NCBI RefSeq assembly: GCF_018977255.1
Contig: NW_024704742.1
Coordinates: 62,002,001-62,066,000, forward strand
Source: Callorhinchus milii
Taxonomy: Eukaryota
DNA length: 64,000 bases
Reading direction: 5' to 3'
Of this stretch, positions 37,137 to 49,140 are shown in pieces (position 1 is the first letter of the stretch; each line of letters begins with the position of its first letter). Below the pieces are notes generated by a model. The model did not search any database, was not told the origin of the DNA, and saw only the letters and a list, made by a program, of their open reading frames with translations. Both the position numbers and the translations under genes were made by a program.

Positions 37137-37315
37137 TTATAAACAATATAAAACTAGAGATAAGCAGCGCACACAAGTGAAAATATCAACATTAATCTAA
37201 ATTGTAATATGGCTATTGTACTATTATTAATTTATATTAATAAATTATTGAACCTCAAGCTTCAGTATTATAGACTAAATCAGTTAGTGAAACACAGAGT
37301 TGCCCTTAAAACTAA

Positions 37316-38525
37316 ATAATAATAACCCTTGCTCTTAATATATAGTAATTCTTTTACAATAGGAGGACAACTCAAGGTGCTTCAAACGATAAAGTGTAGT
37401 GACTGTGTATTTTGTAGGCAAACACAATCAATTTGCACACAGCAATGTCCCACAAAAAGCAAGGAAGTGAATGATCAATTTCATCTGGAGCACTGTTGGC
37501 TTGGACACCAGCAGAAACTCTCTGCTCTTTTGAAATATTGCCTTTAACGTCTAAGCTGACAGCATCACAATCCATGGTTGCACACTCCATCTTACTAAGC
37601 CCAGTCCGGAACCTTGGCGCCTTGTTTGACCCTCAACTAACCTTTCTACCCCACATCCATGCCATGACCCACTCTGGCTTCCCCCACCTCCGCAAAATTG
37701 CCCAACTCCACCACTGTCTCACACTGCAGGCTGCCGAAACCCTCATACACACATTCATTACATCCAGGCTTGACTATGCAAACTCCTTGCTTGCTTGTCG
37801 GCCTCCCCAAACCCACCCTCCATAGACTGCAGATGATCCAGAACTCTGTAGGCCGTGCCATTTTCCGCACCAGGCTCCATGTTCCTATCACCCTCATCCT
37901 TGCCCGACTCCACTGGCTTCCCATCACACAGAGGATACAGTTCAAGATACCGGTCATCAACTTCAAAGCCCTCCATGGCCTTGCTCCCACCTATCTCTGT
38001 GATCTCCTAACCCCCTACCATCCTGACCGCTCCCTCCACTCAGCGGCCTGCTTCACGTCCCCCGCCTCGCCCACCCCACCATTGGCAGGCGGGCCTTCAG
38101 CCACTCTGCCACTACTCTCTGGAACTCCATCCCGCAATCCCTCTGCCTCTCCCCCTCCCTTGCCTCCTTCAAGACCCATCTCAAGACCCTCCTCTTCGAC
38201 CATGCTTTGATCTTCCTGCTTTCCCCCACCCTCCCCAATCGCGACCCCAGGTCGGGTCCGAAACATTGCCTGTCCAGCACCTTGGGACGTCCTCCCGACG
38301 TGAAAGGCGCTATACAAATTTAATTTATTGTTGTTGTTGTGAACAGGCAACAGGATCTTGTCTTAAAATTTCATCACATAGGGCAGCAACAATGGAGCAA
38401 ATCGCCAGCCCTTCAATTGGAGTGTCAGCCTAGACTACAGGAATTCAATGTCCTGATGCGCACAGCAGGCTTGAATCTACGCACCTGCTGACTCAGAGAT
38501 GACAGTGCAACCAACTGAGGCTGAC
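37316..38525 (-). mobile_element. SINE family B split by an L2 insertion (halves ~37316-37560 and ~38341-38525)
   Basis: Left half ends CTTTAACGTCTAAGCTGA and right half resumes GAACAGGCAACAGG, collinear with intact family B copies. Confidence 0.75.
37575..38340 (+). mobile_element. 5'-truncated L2 LINE with (GTT)n tail
   Basis: [30 protein letters not shown] and LHWLPITQRIQFKI; 3' stem-loop at ~38277-38311. Confidence 0.93.
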
Positions 38526-39964
38526 ATTTAAACTTGTTTTGCCAGTATTTTGCATTGAATGGATAAATTGTCCAATTATAATTTCCTTATTCATCTTGTT
38601 TTTCCTAATCTCTCTTAACAAATTGGTGCTATTGCAATTTAATCGTATTGAATTAAATGCTATAAATGTCTATGAATAATATTATGAACAACTTGGAAAT
38701 TATTAGCCCTTTTTCATAAAATACAATACAAATTTTCATTTATGTAGTGCCTTTCATGTTGGGTGAACATCCCAAAGATCTTAGCAATAATGGCTTGGAC
38801 CCTGAGCTAAGGGTGGGGATGAGAAAGATGATCAAAAGCACACAGGTAGGTCTTGAAACAACCAAATATTTTGTACGCAACTATTTTGCGCACACAAGGT
38901 CTCACCCTAGCAATGTGGTAGAAATTCCTTTCTTATTTCGGATGGTGTCATGGGATCTTTAACAGGCGGACAAACCTTAGTTTATAACATCTCATCCAAA
39001 GAGAGACCTCCAATAGTGGAGTGATCCACCAGCCCTGTACTGGAATGCCAACTGAGTCTTTGAGCTCAAAACCTAACGCGGAGCTTGAACACACACACAA
39101 CAGACTCTGAGGTAGGAATGCTACCAACTGAGCTAACTGATTAATTCAGGTAGTACTGTACACGTATTCACTGGCTGAACATATGCTTTGCTTCACATTG
39201 AACCATTATTTTATGTCATCCCAAAAAAGGGCATAAATGTTTAATAAAGTTCAGTCTCATTCCTGCACAATTTTTCCCCTGAGTGATAATTCCTGTTAAC
39301 TGTTAAATAACCTCCTTTTCCAGTCTAACACCTCAGCTGGCTTGAACCCTGCAGCGGGTGCTAGGAATTAAAAGCTAATTGTTAGGCATCAGTACCAGCC
39401 GTATGTGCTTAGCAAGCAGCAAAGATAAAAGCCTAGCAAACAGAATGTTTCAAAGGTTATTGCAAAGCAAAGTACCCCATGCCAGGCACTGTCCCTGTAC
39501 TGTGATTTGTTTTCTGCAAGTGCTATAAATAGTTTGCAAAGTACTGATTATACCTCCTAGCCAAAGAAAGGGCAACCCAGGGTGTGAAATGAGGTTCAAT
39601 CCAGTCACCACCGACAGCTGAAGGTGTTTAACAGATTTCTATCTGTTACTAATGTGCCCTAATTCCTGAAATATGTCCTCTGAGGAACTATGAATGGGTT
39701 TGTTTTATTACATATATTTTTTATTGTATCCTTGGAGCAAACTGGGCAGGAAGCCTCCCTGGTATCAGACATGCCCATTTAACCTCACAAATGAAAATGC
39801 ACCATCAACACATCAAATAGCATTGAAGTGCATGTAGTTATTTATTACTTGATCTCTATGTGTACGTTAATTTATACAACATGCTGTTTCTGGTAAACCC
39901 ATGCTGGAATACGTTATCAATTTTTCTCAGCCATCTGGTATAAAGCTTGAATATGACTTGTGAT

Positions 39965-40240
39965 CAGCGAAAACCATCCGCCCCACCACCAGTGCGTGAG
40001 CGTTTTGCTGTTCTGCCACCGCTCTCTGGAACTTAATCCCAGAATCTCTCCCACTCATCCCCTCCTCCTCCCCATATTCAAAGCCCACCTTAAGGCTTGC
40101 TTCTTTGACTATATTTTCGATCATTTTTTCCCTTTCCCCACCCCCAACCTCTTCAGCTCTCTCCACCCTGCCATGAGTGTGCAACCAGCAGCTGTCCTCC
40201 TGAACTGAAAGACACGAGTCAAATGCAAATTGTATTTTAT
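39965..40240 (+). mobile_element. Old L2 3' end
   Basis: CTCTGGAACT...TTCAAAGCCCACCTTAAG followed by a pyrimidine-rich 3' UTR. Confidence 0.6.
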
Positions 40241-40857
40241 TACATGATCCTATGTAGGGGGTCTTTACTTCTCTGTGGGGGATATACTTATTGTATGAAG
40301 AAATTTCCTCCATTCCCCATCCTTCCTCCTTCCACCCTGGTGATCACTGGCCACTTCTGGCTTAACCCTTCATATTTCAAATTTTTCCTTCCCCTCGCTC
40401 AATTCTCCCATCTCACTATTCCCTCAATCGGACCAACCTTCCCCAGGGTCAAGACTGCTGCACATTACGAATGCACTTTTGGTGACGTTTCATTATTGGT
40501 TGCTATCACCAAAGACAATGTGCATAACATTGAATGGAATTCATACCCATTCATTTCATCTTTCTCTCCTTTGGCTTGTTCCTGTCCACTCCCCTGCTAT
40601 CATCTTCAAATCATCATTATTATAGTATTATTATCGCTTGAAGCATGGTGATAAGTTTCTGTATGGTCAAGACACCCAGTTGACCAAATAAAATCTCCCT
40701 GGTATCTGTTCTGTACTTTCCTTTCCATTTCATAGCTCTCCTCCCTTCCTGTGCTTATCATTTATATAGTTTTGCCTCCCTTTTTTCCACTTTTTTTATG
40801 GTCTGTCCTGAATTTTAGTGCTCCACGATGCTACCTTATGTGAAGAAAGGTATATAA

Positions 40858-41220
40858 GTAATAAAAATCCTTGCATTTGATACAGCGCCTTATCACGTCT
40901 TTGAGACGTCTCAAAGCTTTGCAATGCAAAGTGAATTTACTGTATACTTTGTGAGCGAAACATAGCAGCCAATTGCTCACAGCAATGTCTCGCAAAGAGT
41001 CATGGATTGAGTGACCAAATTATTGTTATTTTTTGAAGGGATTATTACCCCCAGAAAACCGATGTGTAAATCAACTAACAACCGGGTTTCTACTTACTAC
41101 TAGGTAAACAGAGGTTTGTAGAGTAAGGAAATCTGCCCAACGTTTTGCCCTGACCAAGAATCAAACCCGGGTCTTCTCACTTGTGAGGTGAGTGCTCTAA
41201 CCACTAAGCTATAGGACTCC
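40858..41220 (-). mobile_element. Full-length SINE family A (long subfamily)
   Basis: Tail to head, ending GTGCTCTAACCACTAAGCTATAGGACTCC. Confidence 0.9.
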
Positions 41221-41389
41221 ACTGCAAATGCAAGTGTTCTTGTTGAATTGCTCTCTACCTCTGTACTGCTTTTCTGCTATCTCCCTCACTTTAAAACTGG
41301 AGCTAAGTCAGTATAGCAGAACCCAACAACAAAATGCCATAAAGTTAAACATCAACTGAGATGTTGACAGACCGGAATTTTCAACAATG

Positions 41390-41808
41390 TGATAATTGTC
41401 ACATCAGAGTACAGATTTTTTTGAAGGTGCCATATTTAACATGGGATTTTAACCGAGGGCCCATTTGATCTTTCAGGTAGATGTTAAAGATCCCATGACA
41501 CTGTTTGAAAAGAGAAAAAAGTTTCTCTCAATATCCTGGCCAACGAACTCCTAGTTTCTGTCCCATGTGAATAAATTATTAATGTTATCAACAATATTTG
41601 TTCTTAAGTAGTTGCTAAGCAAACTCCCTTCTCTTCACAAATAGCATTACAGGATTTTTAACATTCATTTTTTGTGGGGCATTGCTGCATGTAGATTAGT
41701 TGCCGCGTTTGTTTATCAAATACACATCTTCACTTGACTCCAATTACCTGTGAAGCTCTTTGACATATTTCGACATTATAGGCGTTATATCAAGTGTAAG
41801 GATTATTC
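41390..41808 (+). mobile_element. SINE family B with a ~100 bp foreign insert at 41567-41667
   Basis: CAGGTAGATGTTAAAGATCCCATGACACT...ATCCTGGCCAAC, then insert, then TTTGTGGGGCATTGCTG...AAGGATTATT. Confidence 0.72.
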
Positions 41809-41819
41809 GAATTGCTAAA

Positions 41820-43542
41820 TCCGATTACCCGTCCCTCCTTCCACACCTTTGAACCTGTCACCCCCTCCTCTGTCATCATCACCATATCCTCCATGAAGCC
41901 CACCACCTGCTCCCTGGACCCCATCCCCACCAATCTCCTTAAATCCCAGCTCCACTTACTTGCCCCACTACTCGCTGACATCATCAATCTCTCCCTGTCA
42001 TCTGGCACTGTTCCTACCCCCATCAAAACAGCCACTATCACCACCACCTTGAAGAAACCTTCCCTTCACCCATCACAGCTATCCAGCTATCGGCCCATCT
42101 CCCACCTCTCTTTTCTGTCCAAGGTCCTTGAGAGAGCCGTCACCTACCAGCTTCGCTCTTTCCACTCCTCCCACTTCCTCCATGAGCCCCTCCAATTGGA
42201 TTTCCGTGCTGCCCACAGCACTGAAACGGCTCTGGTCAAGGTCACAAATGACATCCTGATCATGTGTGACCAGGGCTCCCTCTGCCTTCTCGTCCTCCTC
42301 GACCTCTCCACCACCTTTGACACCGTGGACCACTCAATCCTGCTCCACCGCCTCTCCTCCACCTCAACCTCCAAGGTTCTGTCCTTGACTGGTTCAGGTC
42401 CTACCTTTCACACCGCCTCCACTTCGTCTCTGCAAACGGCTTCTCCTCCAGCCCCCGCACCGTCTCGTGCGGCGTTTCTCAGGGATCTGTCCTCGGTTCC
42501 CTCCTCTTCATCCTCCACATGCTCCCCATTGGTGACATCATCCGCAGACATGGGGTAAATTTCTCACATGTATATGGATGACACCCAACTCTACCTTTCT
42601 GCCTCCACCCTCAACTCCAGGACGACTGGCGTCCTGACCGACTGCCTGTCTGACATCAAGTCCTGGACAACGGACAACTTTCTCCAACTGAACATCAGCA
42701 AGACTGAGGCCCTCCTGATTGGCTCGCGCCAGCAACTCCACACCTCGGGCGCTGGCAATATCAGCCTCCACGGCTGCACACTCAACCTCACTAAGCCAGT
42801 CAGGAACCTGATTTGACCTTGAACTGTCTTTTCTCCCCCACATCCACGCCATGACCGGCACTGCCTACCACCACCTCCATAGCATTGCCAGACTCCACCA
42901 TTGCCTCACCCCTCAGGCTGCCGAAATCCTCACCCACATATTCATCACATCAAGGCTCAATTATGGAAACTCCCTCCTCATCGGTCTTCCCAACTCTTCC
43001 CTTCACAAGCTGCAGATCATCCAAGACTCTGCAGCTTGTGTACTCTCGCGCACCGGGCCCCGTGACCCCATCACTCCCACCCTCGTCCAACTCCACTGGC
43101 TCTCCATCCCCCAGAGGATTGAGTTCAAGATCCTCGTCCTCACTTTCAAGGCCATCCATGGCCTTGCCCCCTCCTACCTCTCTGACCTGCTAACTGCCTA
43201 CCAACCTGCCCGCTCCCTCTGTTCAGTGGGCTCCGGCCTGCTCCATGTATCCCGCCCGACCCACCCTACCATCGGTGGCCGGGGTTTCAGCCTCTCTGCC
43301 CCCAAACTCTGGAACTCCATCCCACAGTCCCTTCGCCTCACTTCCTCCCTCGCATCCTTCAAGGCCGGTCTCAAGACCCCCTCTTCGATCGTGCCTTCAG
43401 TCACCCCCCACCTTTCTGCCTTCCCTCATCCCTACCCCACCCCTCCCCCATGCTTGGGTCCTGACCGTTGACTGTCCAGTGCCTTGGGACATTCTCCCAA
43501 TGTGAAAGATGCTCTATAAATGTTATTTTGTTGTTGTTGTTG
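41820..43542 (+). mobile_element. Longest L2 LINE copy (~1.7 kb), frameshifted ORF2 RT
   Basis: [53 protein letters not shown] and YMDDTQLY; ends in (GTT)n. Confidence 0.95.
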
Positions 43543-43994
43543 TAAATCTTACTGACCCTGTACCCACACACAACAAATGTATGAATTCAGTGATGTAGTT
43601 TAGGTCCCCAAACTTTCATCTCGTCTTGGACTGCTAGAGTATTTGGTCTTAAAATTATAAATTATGTAAAACTGTGGAAATTTTTTTAATTATTTCTTGA
43701 TTTGGAAGCTGGTTCCTTTTAAAAAAAAACCTTTGAAAATGTCTGCGCTGCAGCCGTGCTGCCCAGATGGTTCCACTTTTTACATGATAAAAGAATTTCA
43801 TCTTTGATTTTTATTGTGGTAATAGGTTTTCTAAAATAAATTAAATCAGAGACTTTTTTTGTTCCAAGACTCAAGGGTAATGCCATGGCAAGAGCATCCC
43901 AACTATTTCCTTTGATAAATATAGGTAATCTAGAAAATCGTACAATTCTGGAATTTTGCATATGCTGTAGTTGTAAAATCATTCTGCTGCACAT

Positions 43995-44392
43995 TAGTGT
44001 TATGGGTTTAAGCCTTGGGTTGGTACTTTGAGCTTGTAGTCTAGGCTGATGCTTCATTGCATTGCTGGTGTTGTGTTGCATTGTACTGTCCTTTGGATGA
44101 GACATTGAACCAATGCCCTGTCTGCCTGTTCAGATGTGATGAAAGATCCATGGCACCTTTTGAAAAGAGAAACGAGTTTCTTCTAGTGTTATGGCCAACA
44201 ATCCCGCAGATAAAATTAGTCAGATTCTTCATGGCTGTTTCTGGGATATTACTGTACACAAAATTGGCTCCCTTGTTCGCTTCAAATTCACAGTATCCTT
44301 GTATACTGTCAGTAATTCCAGTGAATGCTGTGAAGCACTTTGAAACGTTTCAACAACATTAGATGGTGCTGTCTCAAGTGAATGAATTATTA
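43995..44392 (+). mobile_element. SINE family B
   Basis: CTGTCCTTTGGATGAGACATTGAACC...CCTGTCTGCCTGTTCAGATG...AAAATTGGCT. Confidence 0.78.
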
Positions 44393-44681
44393 GTGTTATT
44401 AATATTTTTTCTTAAGTAGTTGCTAAACAAACACAAGAAAAACTCCCTTCTTTTCACAAATAGAAATACAGAATTTTTAACATTCACCTGAAAATAAACC
44501 CAAAAAAAGTTTTAAAAAACATATTTACCTCATCCTCAAGACAAAAGAAGGGGTTGCAGTATAGGTGTGAATTGTTTACCCAACATTGCTCACTCCAGAG
44601 AGAAACCAACACTAGTTTCACAAGTGTATTAATCAAGGAATTGAGACATGGCCCCAAAGCAGGAAGAAGATTTTCTCTCAG

Positions 44682-45244
44682 TAGTAATAATAATAACCCT
44701 ATCATTTCATATAGCGCCTTAACACTTCATTTAGATGTCTCAAAGCGCTTCACATACTGTGAAGTGAATTGACTGTACATTTTATGGGTGAAATGCGGCA
44801 GCCAATTGTGCACAGCATTGTCCCTGAAACAGTCGTAGATTGATGATTTAAGCGATTATTACCCACAGAAAGACATCCGCCAATCGGCTAGTAAACAGGT
44901 TCCTATTTACTGCTAGGTGAATAAAGGCATGTTAGTTTAAAATTAATATACAACAATATAACAATAAACATCCTTGAATTTGATACAGCTCCCTATCATG
45001 TCTTTGCGCACAGCAGGCTCCCAAAAACAGTTGTGGATTGAAGTGACCATTATTTTTTTTGAAGGAATTATTACCCCCGGAAAAGCAATCTGCCAATCGA
45101 CGAGCAACTGGGTTATTACTTACTACTAGGTAAACAGAGGCGTGTGGAGTAACGAAACTTGCCCAACATTTCACCCTGCTGGGAATAGAATCCAGGTCTC
45201 TTGCCTGCGAGGCAAGTGCTCTAACTACTGAGCTACAGGACTCC
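44682..45244 (-). mobile_element. Two adjacent SINE family A copies (long subfamily; ~44682-44932 and ~44955-45244)
   Basis: Two tails, two middle segments, one head ending CTGAGCTACAGGACTCC. Confidence 0.85.
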
Positions 45245-46274
45245 ACATATGTAGACCTTGACTTCCTCACTTTATCGGTCTGAAAAAAAGAGCACCGGAG
45301 GGAAATTCTGTCTCCAGTATTGGAAGCCTGAAAGGGAAGGTAAAATACTGGAAAGCAGTAAAATACTGACAGCTTAGCTAAAGCCCTGTGTAACAACACT
45401 TCAAAAAGTTTTGAATCAAGAAAGAAGGTTTGTGTATGTTTTTATTGTACATTTCAATTAAGGCTTATAAAAAGCCTCAAGAAAAGAAACACTTTGAATA
45501 TCACTTTACTGATCTTTGAAAGTGCCAGATACACAGTTGGGTAACATCTGGTCTTTGCCATTTTCCAAAAATAAGACTTTTATTTGCACAATTAGTATTA
45601 ATTGGTGTGTTTTCTACAGTTTGAATGGTAAGAGATATCCAGTACATATATAACAGCTTGTAAGTATGCCTGTGTTCCATTCGACCAGAACAAGGTTTTA
45701 GCACCCAGTAGTATTTTACTACATTACTACGTGCAATTAACATCCAAACTTTTGCTGCAATTAACACCAAAGAACATTACAGTAATGCACCGGTGTTAAG
45801 AATCACACTCTTTGGGGAAGATTTATTCCCCGCCCACCCCCCCTTCCCTCTCCTTAGCAGCCAAGCTCCTTCAACTGCAAACCTGCCTCCCATGCTGCCT
45901 TTGAAGGTAGATTTATATGTCTTTAGATACAAATCAAGCATGCGAACAGCGAGAGACTGTAAACAAACACAGCAAGTACCTGATGGGATAAAAGAGCCCA
46001 GCAGAACCACATGCTGCTAGCAATAAGGGGGAGATATACTTCGGAACAATATAACTCCAGCTGCACAATGTGCTTATTGTAAACATTACACAAGGTGGAG
46101 AGCAGAAAGGATACCATGGGCCTAGTTATACATTTACACTATATCCTGCTTGAGCATCTGCAGACAATGTGCCAGTTGCTGCTAAATCGATGGAAAATGC
46201 ACAATTGTGGACATCAATTTCACAGTTTTCAATTAAAGTGGCCAAACTACCACTTTCAGTTATATATATTCATC

Positions 46275-46425
46275 GAACGTAGGCACAGGAAAAGGTCATT
46301 CAGCCCCTGAGCCTGTTCCACCATTTTATAAGATCATGGCTGATCTGTATCTCAACTCCAATTTCCCACCTTTGCCCCATATCCCCTGATACCCCTAACT
46401 AGCAAATGTCTATCCACCTCAGTTT
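46275..46425 (-). mobile_element. CR1-type 3' end
   Basis: GGTCATTCAGCCCCTGAGCCTGTTCCACCATT...AGATCATGGCTGATCTG; related copy at 56400-56540. Confidence 0.65.
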
Positions 46426-46459
46426 TAATTTTTTTTTAAAAAGTTGGACCGTCAGGGAG

Positions 46460-46850
46460 AACAATTTATATTTATTTAGTATCTTTCATGTTGTGATGGA
46501 CGTTCTCAGAGTGCTTCACACAGCTGACGAGGAGCCTCAGCGTAAAGAGGGAGAGCTGAGGAGCCGGTAGGTGCGGGGGGTGGGTGGGGGGGTAGGGGGG
46601 GGCAAAGATGGCCAAAAGATTTTTGGTTGAAAATATTTTTGAAGGTCGGGAAGGACAGCGGAGGGTCTGCTAATGGAGATCCAGAGAGCAGGGGCAGAGT
46701 GGGTGAAAGCTCAGGAAATGGGAAGCAGGCCGATGTTTGCTGAGTGGAGGGAATGGCCAGGGCAGTAGTTAGCAGAGGTAAGGTGGGTCGAGGATATGGA
46801 AGGATTTGAAAGTGAGGACAAGGGTTTTGAATTTGATTTGCTGAGGAATA
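46460..46850 (-). mobile_element. Old L2 3' fragment
   Basis: GATTTGAAAGTGAGGACAAGGGTTTTGAATTTG plus a G-rich reverse 3' UTR. Confidence 0.65.
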
Positions 46851-47517
46851 GACATAGATCTGAAAAGTATGCATGTTTATACCGTACTCCACATTATCCT
46901 CCACCTCTCCTATCGGTGGTCATGTCTTCAGTTACTAACGCCGTTAACCTTGAACTCCCAACTTAAATCCTGGCTCCTCAACCGTTCTTTATCTGTTTAC
47001 ATCCTTCTTTAAGACTTTCCTCTTTGGCTATGCCTATGATCACCTCCCCCTCCCGCTTCTCACTTCCTCAGCATCCAACCCACCACTGTACAGTACTCCG
47101 AAACACTATCCTGCGGAAAGTGTATTATAGAAATGCAACCGGTTGTTTTTCAGGAGGAAGACAATTTGTTGGCATTGTCCTTTGCACTAGATCCATGCCA
47201 CTCCAAAAGTTATTTAAATCTGCGCAACATAAAATAATATAGAATGAACTATCTTGACCATACTTCGAGCACTCAGTTGACCCCAGGTCTCATTGAAACA
47301 TGCTTTCACAGCTCCTGTATCACCAGTTTGTTGCTGTAAACTATGTTCAAAAATGTTTAATTTTCAGCCCATTACAGAAACGCAGCCGTGCATCCCACGT
47401 GCTTTCCTCATAAAGATTAAATAAAATAGTGGTAAAAAAAACAGATGTTCCTATACAGTTGGTGTACGTGCTTTTCAAATGCTCCTTTACCCTTCCTGGT
47501 CCACACCTCACCATGTG

Positions 47518-49140
47518 GAGTCCTGTAGCATATTGGTTGGAGCACTCGCCTTGCAAGGGAGAGGACCCGGTTTACCTAGCCGTAAATAGGAACCCGGTTG
47601 TTAGTCGATTGGCGGATCGTTTTCTTGGGGTAATAACAACAACAACAACAACAACAAGATTCCATTTATAGAGCGCCTTTCCCGTCGGTAGGACGTCCCA
47701 AGGCGCTGGACAGTTGGGTCAAGACCCGAGCAGGGGGGAAATGGTCAGGGTGAGGGGAGGGAAGGGAGGGAGCGAGGAAGGGGTAGAGAGTCGAGAAGGG
47801 AGCTGAAGGCACGGTCAAAGAGAAAGGTCTTGAGACTGGCCTTGAAGGAGGAAAGGGAGGAAGCGGCGAAGGCACTGGGGGATAGAGTTCCAGAGCCTAT
47901 GGGCTGAGAGGCTGAAGGCCCGGCCACCGATGGTAGGGCGGTTGGGGCGGGGGATGTGGAGCAGACCGGAGCCAGAGGAACGGAGGGTATGGGCAGGTAG
48001 GTAGGGGGATAGTAGGTCGGAGAGGTAGGAGGGAGCGAGGCCGTGAATAGCCTTGTAGGTGAGGATGAGGATCTTGAATTCGATCCTTTGGGGGATGGGG
48101 AGCCAGTGGAGGCGAGCGAGGGTGGGAGTGATGTGGTCCCGAAGCCTGGTGCGGGACAGTACACGAGCTGCAGAGTTCTGAATGACCTGCAGCTTGTGGA
48201 GGGAGGTGGCGGGAAGGCCGGCGAGGAGAGAGTTCCCATAGTCCAGCCTTGAGGTGATAAAAGCGTGAACCAGAGTTTCAGCAGCGTGAGGGGTGAGGTA
48301 GTGCCGTAGTCTGGCGACATTCCAGAGGTGATGGAAGGCAGTGCCAGTTGTGGCGCGGATATGAGGGAGAAAGGACAGCTCAGGGTCGAACAGAACCCCG
48401 AGGTTCCTGACCGGCTTTGAGAGGTGGAGAGTGCAGCCTTGGATGCTGATGCTGTCAGCGCCTGAGGTGCGGAGGCGCTGACGTGCGCCAATCAGGAGGG
48501 CCTCAGTTTTACGCACGTTGAGCTGAAGAAAGTTGTCTCTCATCCAGGACTCAATGTCGGACAGGCAGCTGTCAGGACATCGGTGGTCGTGGAGTCGAGG
48601 GTAGAGGAGGAAAGGTAGAGTTGGGTGTCATCCGCATACAGGTAGAAGTTAACCCCATGTCTGCGGATGATGTCACCAAGGGGGAGCATATAGAGGGTGA
48701 AGAGGAGGGGACCGAGGACAGAGCCCTGAGGGACACCGCACAAGACAGTCCGGGGGCCGGAGGAAAAACCATTCGTGGAAACAAAGTAAAAATAGTGGGA
48801 GAGGTATGACCTAAACCACTCAAGGACAGGGCCTTGAAGGTTGAGGTGGGAGGACAAGCGGTGGAGGAGTATAGCATGGTCGACCGTATCGAATGCTGTC
48901 GATAGGTCGAGGAGGACGAGGAGGCCTAATCCTTTAATAAGTAAGTAAATAAGTAAGTCAGTCAGTCACTCACTCAACCCACAACTGTTTGTGGGATACT
49001 GCTGTGCGCAAATGGCTGCTGTGTTTTGCTCACAAAATATACAATCAATTCACTTTACAGTATATTTTGTGAAGCTTTTTGAGACTCCGAAGACGTGATA
49101 AAGCGCTATATCAAATGCAAAGATTATTATTATTATTATA
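47518..49140 (+). mobile_element. SINE family A split by an antisense L2 (halves 47518-47634 and ~48927-49140)
   Basis: Head and middle end GGGGTAATAA; sequence resumes TAATCC...ACTGTTTGTGGGATACTGCTGTGCGC to the (ATT)n tail. Confidence 0.85.
47635..48925 (-). mobile_element. Young 5'-truncated L2 LINE (RT pseudogene)
   Basis: [23 protein letters not shown] and a 242-aa C-terminal ORF ([17 protein letters not shown]...[15 protein letters not shown]); (CAA)n tail. Confidence 0.96.

Noticed and set aside
41812..43471. Consecutive ORFs as a host gene
   Set aside because: They are frameshifted pieces of one L2 ORF2, with the catalytic motif altered to YMDD.
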